Shown here piece after piece: positions 39,561-50,676 of a stretch of 64,000 bases of DNA (position 1 is the stretch's first letter; every line of letters starts with the position of its first letter). Below the pieces are notes generated by a model. That model made no database searches. It was not told where the DNA came from and saw nothing but the letters and a program-made list of their open reading frames with translations. Origin of the DNA: Gammaproteobacteria bacterium (GTDB taxonomy: Bacteria > Pseudomonadota > Gammaproteobacteria > GCA-001735895); contig JAACFA010000007.1 in NCBI GenBank assembly GCA_009937625.1, positions 7,939-71,938 on the forward strand, given 5' to 3'. The position numbers and the translations under genes were made by a program.

Positions 39561-40991
39561 ATGACTGTCAGACACGAAAAAATGCGCATCGCCGGAGAAC
39601 TGGTCGATGGCGATACCGGTAACAACATCGAGGTACTCAATCCTTACAGTGGCGAAGTGGTCGGCACCGTGCCGCGCGCGAGCCGCGCACAAATTGCCGG
39701 CGCCTTCGAAATCGCCGCCAGTTACAAGGCGACCCTGACGCGCTACGAGCGGCAGAAAATCCTGATGCGGATTGCCGAGATTATCGTCGAGCGCAAGGCG
39801 GAGATCTCCGACCTGATCACCGCCGAGTGCGGCCTCAGCAAGAAAGACAGCCTGTACGAAGTCGGGCGCGCCTTCGACGTTTACAGCCTCGCCGGCCAGT
39901 TGTGCATCAATGACGACAGCGAGGTATTTTCCTGCGACCTGACCCCACACGGCAAGCAGCGCAAGATCTTCACCCAGCGCGATCCGCTGCTGGGCGCGAT
40001 TTCGGCGATCACGCCGTTCAATCACCCGCTCAACATGATCTCGCACAAGATCGCGCCGGCGATCGCGACCAATAACTGCATGGTCGCCAAGCCCACCGAG
40101 CAGACGCCGCTGACCGCGCTGATTCTGGCCGACATCATCTACGAGGCCGGCCTGCCGCCGGAGATGCTGTCGGTGGTTACCGGGCTGCCGCAAGACATGG
40201 GCGACGAAATGCTGACCAACAAACACATCGACCTGATTTCGTTCACCGGCAGCGTGCCGGTCGGCAAGTATATCGCCGAGACCGCGGGTTATCGGCGCAC
40301 CGTGCTCGAACTCGGCGGCAATTCGCCACTGATCGTCATGGACGACGCCGACCTCGACAAGGCGGCCGAATTGGCCGTCGCCGGCGGCACCAAGAATTCG
40401 GGACAGCGCTGCACCGCGGTCAAGCGCGTGCTGTGCATCGACTCGGCCGGCGACGAGTTCGCCGCGCTGGTCGCAGAGAAAGCGGCCAAGCTGAAGTATG
40501 GCGATCCGATGGATCCCGACACCGATGTCGGCACCGTCATCAACGAGGCCTCGGCAATCCTGTTCCAGAACCGGGTCAACGATGCGATAGAGAAAGGCGC
40601 CACCCTGCTTTACGGCAACGACCGCCAGGGCGCGGTTTACTCGCCGACGGTGCTCGATCACGTGCCCTACGATTGCGAGCTGGTGCGCGAGGAAACCTTC
40701 GGCCCGCCGATCCCTATCATCCGGGTGCGCGATATCGATCACGCAATCGAGGTCGCCAACTCGACCGCATTCGGCCTGTCTTCCGGCGTCTGCACCAACC
40801 GCATGGACGATATCATCCGCTTCATCAACGAGCTGGAAACCGGCACGGTCAACATCTGGGAAGTGCCGGGCTACCGCATCGAAATGTCGCCCTTCGGCGG
40901 CATCAAGGATTCGGGCCTCGGCTACAAGGAAGGCGTTATCGAAGCGATGAAGTCCTATACCAACGTCAAGACCTTCTCGCTTCCCTGGTAA
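39561..40991 (+). CDS. phnY: Phosphonoacetaldehyde dehydrogenase (NAD-dependent aldehyde dehydrogenase)
   Basis: ALDH motifs ELGGNSP and a catalytic Cys in GQRCTA. It lies in a phnW/phnA context. Confidence 0.8.
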   Translation: MTVRHEKMRIAGELVDGDTGNNIEVLNPYSGEVVGTVPRASRAQIAGAFEIAASYKATLTRYERQKILMRIAEIIVERKAEISDLITAECGLSKKDSLYEVGRAFDVYSLAGQLCINDDSEVFSCDLTPHGKQRKIFTQRDPLLGAISAITPFNHPLNMISHKIAPAIATNNCMVAKPTEQTPLTALILADIIYEAGLPPEMLSVVTGLPQDMGDEMLTNKHIDLISFTGSVPVGKYIAETAGYRRTVLELGGNSPLIVMDDADLDKAAELAVAGGTKNSGQRCTAVKRVLCIDSAGDEFAALVAEKAAKLKYGDPMDPDTDVGTVINEASAILFQNRVNDAIEKGATLLYGNDRQGAVYSPTVLDHVPYDCELVREETFGPPIPIIRVRDIDHAIEVANSTAFGLSSGVCTNRMDDIIRFINELETGTVNIWEVPGYRIEMSPFGGIKDSGLGYKEGVIEAMKSYTNVKTFSLPW

Positions 40992-41045
40992 CAGGGGACA
41001 GACCACGTTTTCGCTACGCGAAAAACGCGGCCGTTCCCGCCGATA

Positions 41046-41960
41046 CTATTGGGTCAGGCGCGTGGTCATCGGATTGGAGGCGTACTGCGTCCACTGGTGC
41101 AGCGAGCCGTCATACAGGCGCACGTCCTCCAGGCCAAGGAGTTCGTGCAGCACGAACCAGGTGCTGGAAGCCTCGTAGGCACTGTTACAGTACACGATCA
41201 AACTACCCTCGGCATCGATGCGCAAAGTATCGAGCAGGCTCGTGTAAGCTTCCGATTCCAGGAACCGCGTGCTGCCTTTTTCGGGGTGCAGGAACTTGTA
41301 GGGCATCGGGTCGGAACCCGGGATATGTCCCGGGGCGAAGACATAGTCCTTCTTCTTGAGGCCGATGTGCTGCCGCAGGTCGCGGGTATCGATCACAGAA
41401 ACCGAGTCGTCATCGATTGCCGCCCTGACCTGCGCCATCGTGGCGAGAATTTCTGGCCGCTCCTTTCCAGCGCGGTAATTGCCCGGGATTACCGTGGCAA
41501 TTTCGGTATCGAGGTCTTCGAGCGCTTCGACCCAGCCATGGTTGCCGCCATCGAGCAGTGCCGCGCGGTCGAAACCGAAGTACTTGAGGTGCCAGTAAAG
41601 CCTGGCGGCACCGGCCACCTGCCCCGGCTGGTCGCCCGGATGACTGATCACGACGACACTATCGTCGTTGACGCCGTGGTTTCGCATGAACTGCTCGAAG
41701 CTTGCCGGATCGGGGCGCATACGGGTCAGCTTCTTGCCTTCGATTTCACGTTCGGTACGAATCCTGGTGACGTCGACCAGCACCGCTCCGGGTATGTGCC
41801 CCTCCGCGAAGGTAGCGACTTCCTTGCGCACATCGAGCACCACGACCGCGTCGCGATTTTCCACCAGCCACTCGCCGTCAACCAGCGCTCCGGGCAGCTC
41901 GATGGCCCGCAACGGTCCGCTGAGCAAGGCCAGCAGCCCCAGCCACACTAATTTTTTCAT
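41046..41960 (-). CDS. Periplasmic tandem-rhodanese sulfurtransferase
   Basis: Signal peptide MKKLVWLGLLALLSGPLRA followed by two rhodanese-like domains, with the active-site Cys in CNSAYEAS. Confidence 0.75.
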   Translation of the reverse strand: MKKLVWLGLLALLSGPLRAIELPGALVDGEWLVENRDAVVVLDVRKEVATFAEGHIPGAVLVDVTRIRTEREIEGKKLTRMRPDPASFEQFMRNHGVNDDSVVVISHPGDQPGQVAGAARLYWHLKYFGFDRAALLDGGNHGWVEALEDLDTEIATVIPGNYRAGKERPEILATMAQVRAAIDDDSVSVIDTRDLRQHIGLKKKDYVFAPGHIPGSDPMPYKFLHPEKGSTRFLESEAYTSLLDTLRIDAEGSLIVYCNSAYEASSTWFVLHELLGLEDVRLYDGSLHQWTQYASNPMTTRLTQ

Positions 41961-42125
41961 TTTTACACCTGATAAAAGCCAAAAATCTGTAAGCGCATCA
42001 TGAAAGCATTTGCACCTGCGGACATGATCTCGATCAACTAAACCCATCGGGGCTAGGGGGTCTATATCCCGAACGGAATAAGGGGGATCAGGAAATAAGT
42101 ATCCTGTCCCCCGATTTTCCGATTT

Positions 42126-44680
42126 TTAGGCGACCTTCACCGGGAACGCGGAGTCGGCCGCGGCGGTGTAGTTTTCCATTTCGTTGAAGTTCAGGTAGCG
42201 GTACACGTCGTCGGCCATAGTGTTGATGTCGTTGGCATACTGCAGGTACTCGTCCATGGTCGGAATTTTGCCGAGGATCGACGCCACCGCCGCCAATTCT
42301 GCCGACGCCAGGTATACATTGGCTCCCTTGCCGAGCCGGTTGGGGAAATTACGCGTCGAGGTCGATACCACGGTCGAATTTTCCGCTACCCGCGCCTGGT
42401 TGCCCATGCACAGCGAACAGCCGGGCATCTCGGTGCGTGCGCCGCTGCGTCCGAAAATGTTGTAGTAGCCTTCGGCGGTCAGCTGGGCTTCATCCATCTT
42501 GGTGGGCGGCGCGATCCACAGGCGGGTCACGACCGGCTCCTCGAGCTTCTCGAGCAGCTTGCCGGCAGCGCGGAAGTGGCCGATGTTGGTCATGCAGGAG
42601 CCGATGAAAACCTCGTCGATTTTGTCGCCGGCGACGGCCGACAGCGGCTTGATATCGTCGGGATCATTCGGACAGGCGAGCAGCGGCTCGGTAATCTGGT
42701 TCAGATCGATCTCGATGATTTCGGCGTACTCCGCATCGGCATCGGCCTCGAGTAGCTCGGGGTTATCGAGCCATTTCTGCATCTCGTCGATACGCCGCGT
42801 AATCGTGCGTACGTCACCATAACCCTCGTTGATCATCCACTTGAACATGGTGATATTCGAATTCAGGTACTCGATGATCGGCTCTTTATCGAGTTTGACG
42901 GTGCAGCCGGAGGCCGAGCGCTCGGCGGACGCGTCGGACAGTTCGAACGCCTGCTCGACCTTTAGCTGCGGTAAACCCTCGATTTCGAGCACGCGACCGG
43001 AGAAGACGTTTTTCTTGCCCTGCTTTTCGACCGTTAGCAAACCGCGCTGTATCGCGGCATAGGGAATCGCGTTGACCAGGTCGCGCAGCGTGATGCCCTG
43101 CTGCATGTCACCCTTGAAACGCACCAGCACCGATTCCGGCATATCGAGCGGCATGACGCCGGTTGCCGCGGCGAACGCGACCAGGCCAGAGCCCGCCGGG
43201 AAGGAAATGCCGATCGGGAAGCGGGTATGCGAATCGCCGCCGGTACCGACGGTGTCGGGCAGCAGCATGCGGTTCATCCACGAGTGAATAACGCCGTCGC
43301 CCGGGCGCAACGAAATGCCGCCGCGGTTCTGCATGAAATCGGGCAGGGTGTGATGCGTGACCACGTCGACCGGTTTCGGGTAGGGCGCGGTGTGGCAGAA
43401 AGACTGCATCACCAGGTCGGCCGAAAAGCCGAGACAGGCGAGGTCCTTGAGCTCGTCGCGCGTCATCGGCCCAGTGGTGTCCTGCGACCCCACCGTGGTC
43501 ATCTTCGGCTCGCAATACATGCCGGGGCGCACGCCGTCCAGGCCGCAGGCCTTGCCGACCATTTTCTGCGCCAGCGTGTAACCCTTGCCGCTGTCTTCGG
43601 CCGCCTGCGGTTTTTCGAACAGGTCGGAGTCGCTCAATCCCAGCGCCTGGCGTGCGCGGTCGGTCAGGCCGCGCCCGATGATCAGCGGAATGCGGCCATC
43701 GGCGCGCACCTCGTCCTTGAGCACGTTGGTGCTGAGTTCGAAACTGGCAATCACCTCGTCGCTATCGTGACGCGTGACCCGGCCCTCGTAGGGATAGACG
43801 TCGATGACGTCGCCCATGTTCATTTGCGAAACGTCCATCTCGATCGGCAGCGCACCCGCGTCTTCCATGGTGTTGAAGAAAATCGGCGCGATCTTGCCGC
43901 CGAAGCAGTAGCCGCCGTTGCGCTTGTTCGGGATGTAGGGAATATCCTGGCCCATATGCCACAGCACCGAGTTGGTAGCCGATTTACGCGACGAGCCGGT
44001 GCCCACCACGTCGCCGACGTAAGCCAGCGGGTGACCCAACTGTTTAAGCTCGGCGATTTTCTCGAGCGGCTTGTCGGTCAGGCCGTCGCGCGGATTCTTC
44101 AACATCGCGTTGGCGTGCAGCGGGATGTCGGGGCGAGACCAGGCGTCCTGCGCCGGCGACAGATCTTGTCGGCCAGCGGCGGCTTGCTGGTGAACCAATC
44201 GGCGTTGGCCCAGGATTCCAGCACCTGCCGCGCATGGGCATTGCCGGCCTCGGATTTGGCCACGACGTCATGGAATGCGTCGAACACCAGCAGCGTATGC
44301 GACAGCGCGGCCACCGCGGCGGGCGCCGTCTCGTCGTCGTCGAGGCATGCGATCAGCGGCTCGATGTTGTAACCGCCGAGCATGGTGCCGAGAATTTCCA
44401 CCGCCCTGACCCCGTCGATCAGCGGTGTCGACGCTTCGCCCCGGGTGATCGCGGCGAGAAAGCCAGCCTTGACGTAGGCGGCCTCGTCGACCCCGGCAGG
44501 CACATGCTGCGTCAATAGTTCCAGCAGGTAGTCTGCTTCGCCCGCCGGTGGATTCTTGATCAGTTCCACCAGGTCCGCGGTCTGCCGCGCGTCCAGCGGT
44601 TTCGGCGGGATGCCCTCGCGGGCGCGTTCTTCGGTGTGTTCTCGGTATGCCTGTAGCATTGCGGCGTTCTCGTCGGTCAA
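42126..44680 (-). pseudogene. acnB: Aconitate hydratase B, interrupted by an internal deletion/frameshift near 44165-44175
   Basis: The N-terminal 160 aa (44680 to about 44170) and the C-terminal 680 aa (about 44168 to 42126) both align collinearly to E. coli AcnB but in different frames. About 14 conserved residues (TVTVFKVTGETNTD) are missing at the junction gacaagATCTGtcgcc. Confidence 0.9.
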
Positions 44681-44707
44681 TTATTCAATGGTCTAGATAC
44701 GGTTGAA

Positions 44708-46012
44708 TCAGCGCTTTTCAATCGGCACGTAGTCGAGATCGATCGCGCCGGTGTAAAGCTGGCGCGGACGCCCGATCTTGGCCTCGGAATCCGCCATCAT
44801 TTCGTTCCACTGCGAAATCCAGCCGATGGTGCGCGCCATCGCAAAAATGACGGTGAACATGTTCATCGGGATACCCATCGCGAGGAAGATGATGCCCGAG
44901 TAAAAATCGACGTTCGGATACAGGTTGCGCTGCACGAAGTACTCGTCCTCGAGGGCCACCTTCTCTAACGCCATCGCGGTCTCCAGCAGCTTCTGCTGCT
45001 CGCCGCTGGCCTCCATGTCATTCAGCAGCTGGTGACAGATTTTGCGGATCAGCTTGGCGCGCGGATCGTAGTTCTTGTAGACGCGGTGGCCGAAACCCAT
45101 CAAGCGGAAGGGGTCGTTCTTGTCCTTGGCGCGGTCGACGAAGGCCTGCAGCGGCTTGCCGGATTCGTTGATGTCGATCAGCATGCGCACCACGGCTTCG
45201 TTGGCGCCACCATGCGCCGGCCCCCACAGCGCCGCGATGCCAGAGGCCACCGCCGCAAACGGGTTGGCATCCGAGCTGCCGGCGAGGCGCACGGTCGAGG
45301 TCGATGCGTTCTGCTCGTGGTCGGCATGCAGAATCATGATCAGGTCCAGCGCCTTGGCCAACAACGGATCGGGGGTATATTCCTCGGACGGCATCGAGAA
45401 CATCATGTAAAGAAAGTTCTCGGTGTAGTTGAGATTGTTTTTCGGATAAACGAACGGCTTGCCGTTGGCGTAGCGATAACTCATCGCGGCGATGGTCGGC
45501 ATTTTCGCCATCAGGCGATACGCGGTGATCATGCGATGCTCTTCGTTATGGATATCCATGTGGTCGTGGTAGAAAGCGGCCAGCGCGCCGACGCAGCCGA
45601 CCATGATCGCCATCGGATGCGCATCGCGACGAAACCCGGAAAAGAAACGGATCATCGCTTCGTGCAACATGGTGTGATTGGTAACCGTGCTTTCGAAATA
45701 CTCGAGCTCCTCTTTTTGCGGCAGGCGGTTGTTCAGCAACAGGAAGCAGACTTCCAGGTAAGAACTGTGCTCGGCCAGCTGATCGATCGGGTAACCGCGG
45801 TATTGCAGCACACCGGCATCGCCGTCGAGGAAGGTGATCGCGCTGGAGCAGGAGGCCGTGGACATGAATCCGGGGTCGTAGGTGAAATAACCCAGCTCCT
45901 TGTAGAGGCGGCCAATATCGATCACCTTCGGCCCCGCGGTTGGTGTGTAAATCGGCAGGGTGACTTCCTTTCCCGTGCTGTTGTCAGTAATCGTTACGGT
46001 TTCGTTGCTCAT
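44708..46012 (-). CDS. gltA: Type II (hexameric) citrate synthase
   Basis: 434 aa with the conserved [14 protein letters not shown] motif and catalytic His/Asp context. Confidence 0.85.
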   Translation of the reverse strand: MSNETVTITDNSTGKEVTLPIYTPTAGPKVIDIGRLYKELGYFTYDPGFMSTASCSSAITFLDGDAGVLQYRGYPIDQLAEHSSYLEVCFLLLNNRLPQKEELEYFESTVTNHTMLHEAMIRFFSGFRRDAHPMAIMVGCVGALAAFYHDHMDIHNEEHRMITAYRLMAKMPTIAAMSYRYANGKPFVYPKNNLNYTENFLYMMFSMPSEEYTPDPLLAKALDLIMILHADHEQNASTSTVRLAGSSDANPFAAVASGIAALWGPAHGGANEAVVRMLIDINESGKPLQAFVDRAKDKNDPFRLMGFGHRVYKNYDPRAKLIRKICHQLLNDMEASGEQQKLLETAMALEKVALEDEYFVQRNLYPNVDFYSGIIFLAMGIPMNMFTVIFAMARTIGWISQWNEMMADSEAKIGRPRQLYTGAIDLDYVPIEKR

Positions 46013-46264
46013 TGGTTATCCTCAAAGTGTCTGTGTCGGGCCTGTTAACCGGAGTTTTTTTTAGTTTCTTAACAGGTTCCAATCCGCCCTGGACCGGACT
46101 GGCTGGACTCATACGAGCCGATAACTATACCCATTATTGGATAAAGCCGCTAATGCTCTTGACCAGTATTAAATATATTTATCCTGAAAATTAAATCTCT
46201 AATCCCGCATAAATACTGCTTCAGGGCGCGATCAGAATCGGGCAGCGGCCTCGCCCGAAAGCAT

Positions 46265-46337
46265 TATTGTTGACAATAATCTATTTTATCGCCATATTTC
46301 GATCAAATTTTGCGAATATTGATCTTTATTGTTGACA
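46265..46337. promoter_or_regulatory. Two direct copies of TTATTGTTGACAAT in the gltA/GntR divergent promoter region
   Basis: Copies at about 46265-46278 and about 46324-46337. Each contains the TTGACA -35 consensus, and the second abuts the GntR start codon. Confidence 0.4.
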
Positions 46338-46341
46338 ATCT

Positions 46342-47046
46342 ATGTCTGGAACGATTCCCATCTCAACTACCGAGAATGCGCTCGAGTCGCGAACCCTGGC
46401 GCGCCGCACCTTCGACAGCATCAAATCCGACATCATCGATGGTGAGCTGGCACAGGGCACCAAGATCGTCGAATCCGACCTGGCGCTGAAGTACGGTATC
46501 AGCCGCGGGCCGCTGCGCGAGGCAATCCATCGGCTCGAGCAGATAAAGCTGATCGTGCGCATCCCGCACGCCGGTTCGCGCGTCGTCACCCTGGATACCA
46601 GGATGATGCAGGACATCTACGAGGCGCGCGAAGCGCTCGAGGGCATGGCCGCCCGGCTCGCCGCGCGCCTGATGCCAGACGACGAGATCGCGAGCCTTTC
46701 GACACTGCTCGATCAGCACGAGGCGGCGATCAGCGAAACCGAGGGCAAGGCCTATTTTCAGCGCGAGGGCGATATCGATTTTCACTACCGGATTGCCGTC
46801 GCCAGCCAGAATCAGTGGATCCTGGATAACCTGAACGGCGAGCTTTACCAGCTGATTCGCATGTGCCGGCGCCAATCGGGGCAAATTCCGTCGCGTGCGC
46901 AAACCGCGCTCAGCCAGCACCGCCAGATCGCCGCCGCAATCGCGCAGCGTGACGAAGAACTGGCCGAATTACTCATGCGCCGCCATATCAGCGGCGCCTG
47001 GAAAATTGTACGAAAAATACTCGAGGATCAACATGACTCAAATTAA
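46342..47046 (+). CDS. GntR/FadR-family transcriptional regulator, likely a methylcitrate-cycle regulator
   Basis: N-terminal GntR HTH ([28 protein letters not shown]) plus an FCD C-terminal domain. It lies upstream of prpBC. Confidence 0.8.
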   Translation: MSGTIPISTTENALESRTLARRTFDSIKSDIIDGELAQGTKIVESDLALKYGISRGPLREAIHRLEQIKLIVRIPHAGSRVVTLDTRMMQDIYEAREALEGMAARLAARLMPDDEIASLSTLLDQHEAAISETEGKAYFQREGDIDFHYRIAVASQNQWILDNLNGELYQLIRMCRRQSGQIPSRAQTALSQHRQIAAAIAQRDEELAELLMRRHISGAWKIVRKILEDQHDSN

Positions 47047-47920
47047 CTCGCCAGGTCTCGCACTGCGCCAGGCCGTGGACGCCAACAACCCGCTGCAGGT
47101 AGTCGGCACGGTCAACGCCTACAGCGCGATCATGGCGCAAAAATGCGGCCATCGAGCCATTTACCTGTCGGGCGGCGGCGTCGCCGCCTGCTCTCTCGGA
47201 ACCCCGGATCTCGGCATCAGCACCCTGGCCGACGTGCTCGAGGATGCGCGTCGCATTACCGACGCCAGCGATCTGCCGCTGCTGGTCGATGTCGATGTCG
47301 GCTGGGGCGGTGCATTCAACATCGCGCGCTGCATCCGGGAAATGATCCGCGCCGACGTCGCCGGCGTGCACATCGAAGACCAGGTGATGCAGAAACGCTG
47401 CGGCCACCGTCCCAACAAGGCGATCGTCTCGAGTGCGGAAATGGTCGATCGCGTCAAGGCCGCAGTCGACGCGCGCAGCGACGAAAGCTTCGTCATCATG
47501 GCGCGCACCGATGCGCTCGCGGTAGAGGGCATGCAGGCCGCGATCGAACGCGCCCAGGCCTGCGTTGCCGCCGGCGCCGACATGATCTTCCCGGAAGCCA
47601 TGACCGAGCTCGAACAATACCGGCAGTTCGTCGACGCGGTACAGGTGCCGGTGCTGGCCAACATCACCGAATTTGGCGCCACACCGCTGTTCACCACCCA
47701 ACAGCTGGCCTCGGTCGGGGTCAAGCTCGCGCTCTATCCGCTTTCCGCGTTTCGTGCCGCGAGCCTGGCGGCCCTGAACGTATACCGGCACATTTTGCAG
47801 GACGGCACGCAGCAGGAGGTAGTCGACAGCATGCAGACGCGCATGGAGCTGTACGACTTTCTCGATTACCACGATTACGAACAAACCCTAGATAAACTAT
47901 TCAGCGAGGAGACATCATGA
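47033..47920 (+). CDS. prpB: 2-methylisocitrate lyase
   Basis: PEP-mutase/ICL fold with KRCGH and an EDQV-containing active-site region. It is followed by prpC. Confidence 0.9.
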   Translation: MTQINSPGLALRQAVDANNPLQVVGTVNAYSAIMAQKCGHRAIYLSGGGVAACSLGTPDLGISTLADVLEDARRITDASDLPLLVDVDVGWGGAFNIARCIREMIRADVAGVHIEDQVMQKRCGHRPNKAIVSSAEMVDRVKAAVDARSDESFVIMARTDALAVEGMQAAIERAQACVAAGADMIFPEAMTELEQYRQFVDAVQVPVLANITEFGATPLFTTQQLASVGVKLALYPLSAFRAASLAALNVYRHILQDGTQQEVVDSMQTRMELYDFLDYHDYEQTLDKLFSEETS

Positions 47921-49065
47921 GTGACGCACCAGGCTTCAAACCCAAAAAGTCGGTTGCGCTGTCCGGCACCGCGGCCGGCAATACCGCCATTTGCACCGTC
48001 GGCAAGACCGGTAACGACCTGCACTATCGAGGCTATGACATTCTCGACGTCGCGGAACAATGCGAATTCGAGGAGATCGCCTACCTGATCGTGCACGAAA
48101 AGTTGCCTACCCGGGCCGAGCTCGCGGCCTACAAGGACAAGCTGAAATCGATGCGCGATATTCCGCAGGCGGTCAAGACCGTGCTCGAACAACTGCCGGC
48201 CAGCACCCACCCGATGGATGTCATGCGCACCGGCTGCTCGGCGCTCGGCTGCCAGACGCCCGAGGATGCCGATCACAACGTCGAAGCTGCGCGCAACATC
48301 GTCGATCGCCTGATGGCCTGTTTCGGTTCGATGCTGGTTTACTGGTATCACTACAGCCATAACGGCAAGCGCATCGAACTGGTTACCGACGACGATTCGA
48401 TCGGCGGGCATTTCCTGCACCTGTTGCACGGCGAACCGCCGCGCGAATCCTGGGTCAAGGCCATGCACGTGTCGCTGATTCTCTACGCCGAGCACGAACT
48501 CAACGCCTCTACCTTTACCGGGCGCGTGGTTGCCGGCACCGGCTCGGACATGTACTCCTGCATCACCGCCGCCATCGGAGCGCTGCGCGGGCCCAGGCAC
48601 GGCGGCGCCAACGAGGTCGCCTTCGAAACCCAGTCACGCTATAGCTCGCCGGATGAAGCCGAGGCCGATATCCGCGAACGCGTCGCCAATAAGGAAATCG
48701 TGATCGGTTTCGGCCACCCGGTCTACACCGTGAGCGACCCGCGTAACGAAGTCATCAAACGTGTCGCCAAAAGCCTGTCCGAGGAAAACGACGACATGCT
48801 GATGTTCGACGTCGCTTCGCGTCTCGAATCGGTGATGTGGGAATTGAAAAACATGTTCCCCAACCTGGACTGGTTTTCCGCGGTTTCCTACAACCAGATG
48901 GGGGTTCCGACCGACATGTTCACGCCGCTGTTCGTTATCTCCCGCACCTCGGGCTGGGGTGCGCACGTGGTCGAACAGCGCCAGGATGGAAAAATCATCC
49001 GGCCGTCGGCGAACTACATCGGGCCCGATGACCTCGAGTATGTGCCGATCGACGCTCGGGGCTAG
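47917..49065 (+). CDS. prpC: 2-methylcitrate synthase
   Basis: Short citrate-synthase family protein of 382 aa ([13 protein letters not shown]). Confidence 0.85.
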   Translation: MSDAPGFKPKKSVALSGTAAGNTAICTVGKTGNDLHYRGYDILDVAEQCEFEEIAYLIVHEKLPTRAELAAYKDKLKSMRDIPQAVKTVLEQLPASTHPMDVMRTGCSALGCQTPEDADHNVEAARNIVDRLMACFGSMLVYWYHYSHNGKRIELVTDDDSIGGHFLHLLHGEPPRESWVKAMHVSLILYAEHELNASTFTGRVVAGTGSDMYSCITAAIGALRGPRHGGANEVAFETQSRYSSPDEAEADIRERVANKEIVIGFGHPVYTVSDPRNEVIKRVAKSLSEENDDMLMFDVASRLESVMWELKNMFPNLDWFSAVSYNQMGVPTDMFTPLFVISRTSGWGAHVVEQRQDGKIIRPSANYIGPDDLEYVPIDARG

Positions 49066-49423
49066 TTAGCAGCAGGTTGGCGGAATTGGTCGCGGTATCG
49101 ACATAGCGTTCCTGGTTGCGGTCCAGCGAGGTGCGCTTGAGCAGGTGCATGACGCCCAGTATCCCGCTCAACGGGGTACGAATTTCGTGACTGATATTGG
49201 CGGTAAACTCGTCCCGGGCAAGGTCGATTCGACGAACCGTCTGCTCGGTTCGAGTAGAAATTTCCTTTTGTCGCAACAGAAAATAAAGCGTTATCGAAAG
49301 CAGCGCCGCGATAATCAGGCTGATGGCCATTCGCTGGGCAGCGGTTAGAACCGTGGGATTTGCGTTAGCCCAAAATGCGCCGAGACCAAGAATAAGCAGA
49401 AAACAGAGCATCCCTATAGACAA
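49066..49423 (-). pseudogene. Truncated sensor histidine kinase remnant (TM plus partial HisKA only)
   Basis: Two TM helices followed by an H-box (ISHEIRTPLSGILGVMHLL). The frame ends within the HisKA domain, exactly where the prpC stop codon lies on the other strand. No HATPase domain is present. Confidence 0.6.
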
Positions 49424-49429
49424 ACCCGA

Positions 49430-49987
49430 CTAGTCGAATAAGTCAAGAATATTCGAGAGATCTTTCTTCCCTGACCCTATTTCACTGACTTCGAGGCCGG
49501 CCAGCTCGTGTGGAAACACCAGCCATTCCTCGCTTTCATGCAGGAAATAGTCCGGTTCGAATTTAACGCTGTTCTTGGACGGCTTGTACCAGGGGCAGGC
49601 GACGCGGATTTCGGACGGCGCGTTGAGCCGCGATTGCTTTCTGATCGCCTTGATCAGCGCATCGACGCTGCGGCCGGAATCGAACACGTCATCGACGATC
49701 AACAGCCGGTCGCCCGCGTTGGCGTTTTCGATCAGGTAGTGCAGCCCGTGCACCCTGATTTTCTTCGACTGCTTATTGATTCCGTAATAGGAGGAAGTGC
49801 GCACCGAAATATGATCGGTCTCGACATCCTTGAACTCGAAGTATTCCTGCACCGCGATACCGACCGGTGTGCCGCCACGCCAGATGCCAACGATAAATTC
49901 CGGATGAAATCCGTCTTCATAAATCTTGTGCGCCAGCCGAAACGAATCCTCTAGTAACGCCTGCGCCGTAATATAAATCTTGTCCAC
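49430..49987 (-). CDS. Phosphoribosyltransferase-domain protein (purine PRTase-like)
   Basis: PRPP-binding motif LLIVDDVFDSGRS. Confidence 0.65.
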   Translation of the reverse strand: MDKIYITAQALLEDSFRLAHKIYEDGFHPEFIVGIWRGGTPVGIAVQEYFEFKDVETDHISVRTSSYYGINKQSKKIRVHGLHYLIENANAGDRLLIVDDVFDSGRSVDALIKAIRKQSRLNAPSEIRVACPWYKPSKNSVKFEPDYFLHESEEWLVFPHELAGLEVSEIGSGKKDLSNILDLFD

Positions 49988-50172
49988 GATAGCCCTCGCT
50001 CCAAAATTCAGACTGCAATTCTGTCACATACACCCAACCTCGACCAGTTAGCAGAGCTCGAATATCCAACCTGAATAACGATCCCAACGGCTCCCGGTAC
50101 GGCCCCACGCGACTAAGCGGGTAGCCCGCGGGCCGGACTCATGTATCGAGGCAACCGATGAACCTGGCTCGA

Positions 50173-50676
50173 TTACGGGAACGTCAGCAGGGGTTGTTCG
50201 GCTGCGGGGATGTGGCAGTCAACACAGTTGTCGTCGGGGGAGTCGCGGTCGACGCAGATGAAGCGCATTGCGGCGTAAGGCGTCAGCAATACGTGGTGCC
50301 AGGTGCCGGCGTGATAGTTGATACCTTGCTGTCCGTTGGTGATGAAGGCATGCAGGTCGTCGACTTCCGGGGTTGCGCCGGCTTTGCTGACGACAACGAT
50401 GAACGGCGAGTCGTCGAGCGGGATGAAGGCCTGGCTGCCGTAGGGATGATACTCCATGTGGTCGACCTTGCGCGGCAGCTCAAACTTTTTGCTGGCGACG
50501 AGACTGACGACGGCGCGCGCGTCTGTGCCGCCCAGCTCGACATTGGCGAGTGCGTGGTAACGATCGGCCATGCCGTTGTTGATCGGGTAGGATTCGTTGC
50601 CGTCGAATTCGATGACGTCGCCGAAAGGCGCAAACGCTGCTCGCGTCAAAGGTTCTACCTGGAGTGTCCTAGCCAT
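50173..50676 (-). CDS. allA: Ureidoglycolate lyase
   Basis: Cupin-type ureidoglycolate hydrolase pattern (PLTRAAFAPFGDVIE...NYHAGTWHH). It overlaps the allantoicase stop. Confidence 0.75.
   Translation of the reverse strand: MARTLQVEPLTRAAFAPFGDVIEFDGNESYPINNGMADRYHALANVELGGTDARAVVSLVASKKFELPRKVDHMEYHPYGSQAFIPLDDSPFIVVVSKAGATPEVDDLHAFITNGQQGINYHAGTWHHVLLTPYAAMRFICVDRDSPDDNCVDCHIPAAEQPLLTFP

Noticed and set aside
44160-44180. AGATCT (BglII) site exactly at the acnB deletion junction, and GTGCAC at the first etfD junction, as a hint of an engineered deletion
   Set aside because: Six-base palindromes are frequent in high-GC DNA. The third junction has no such site. Coincidence is the most likely explanation.
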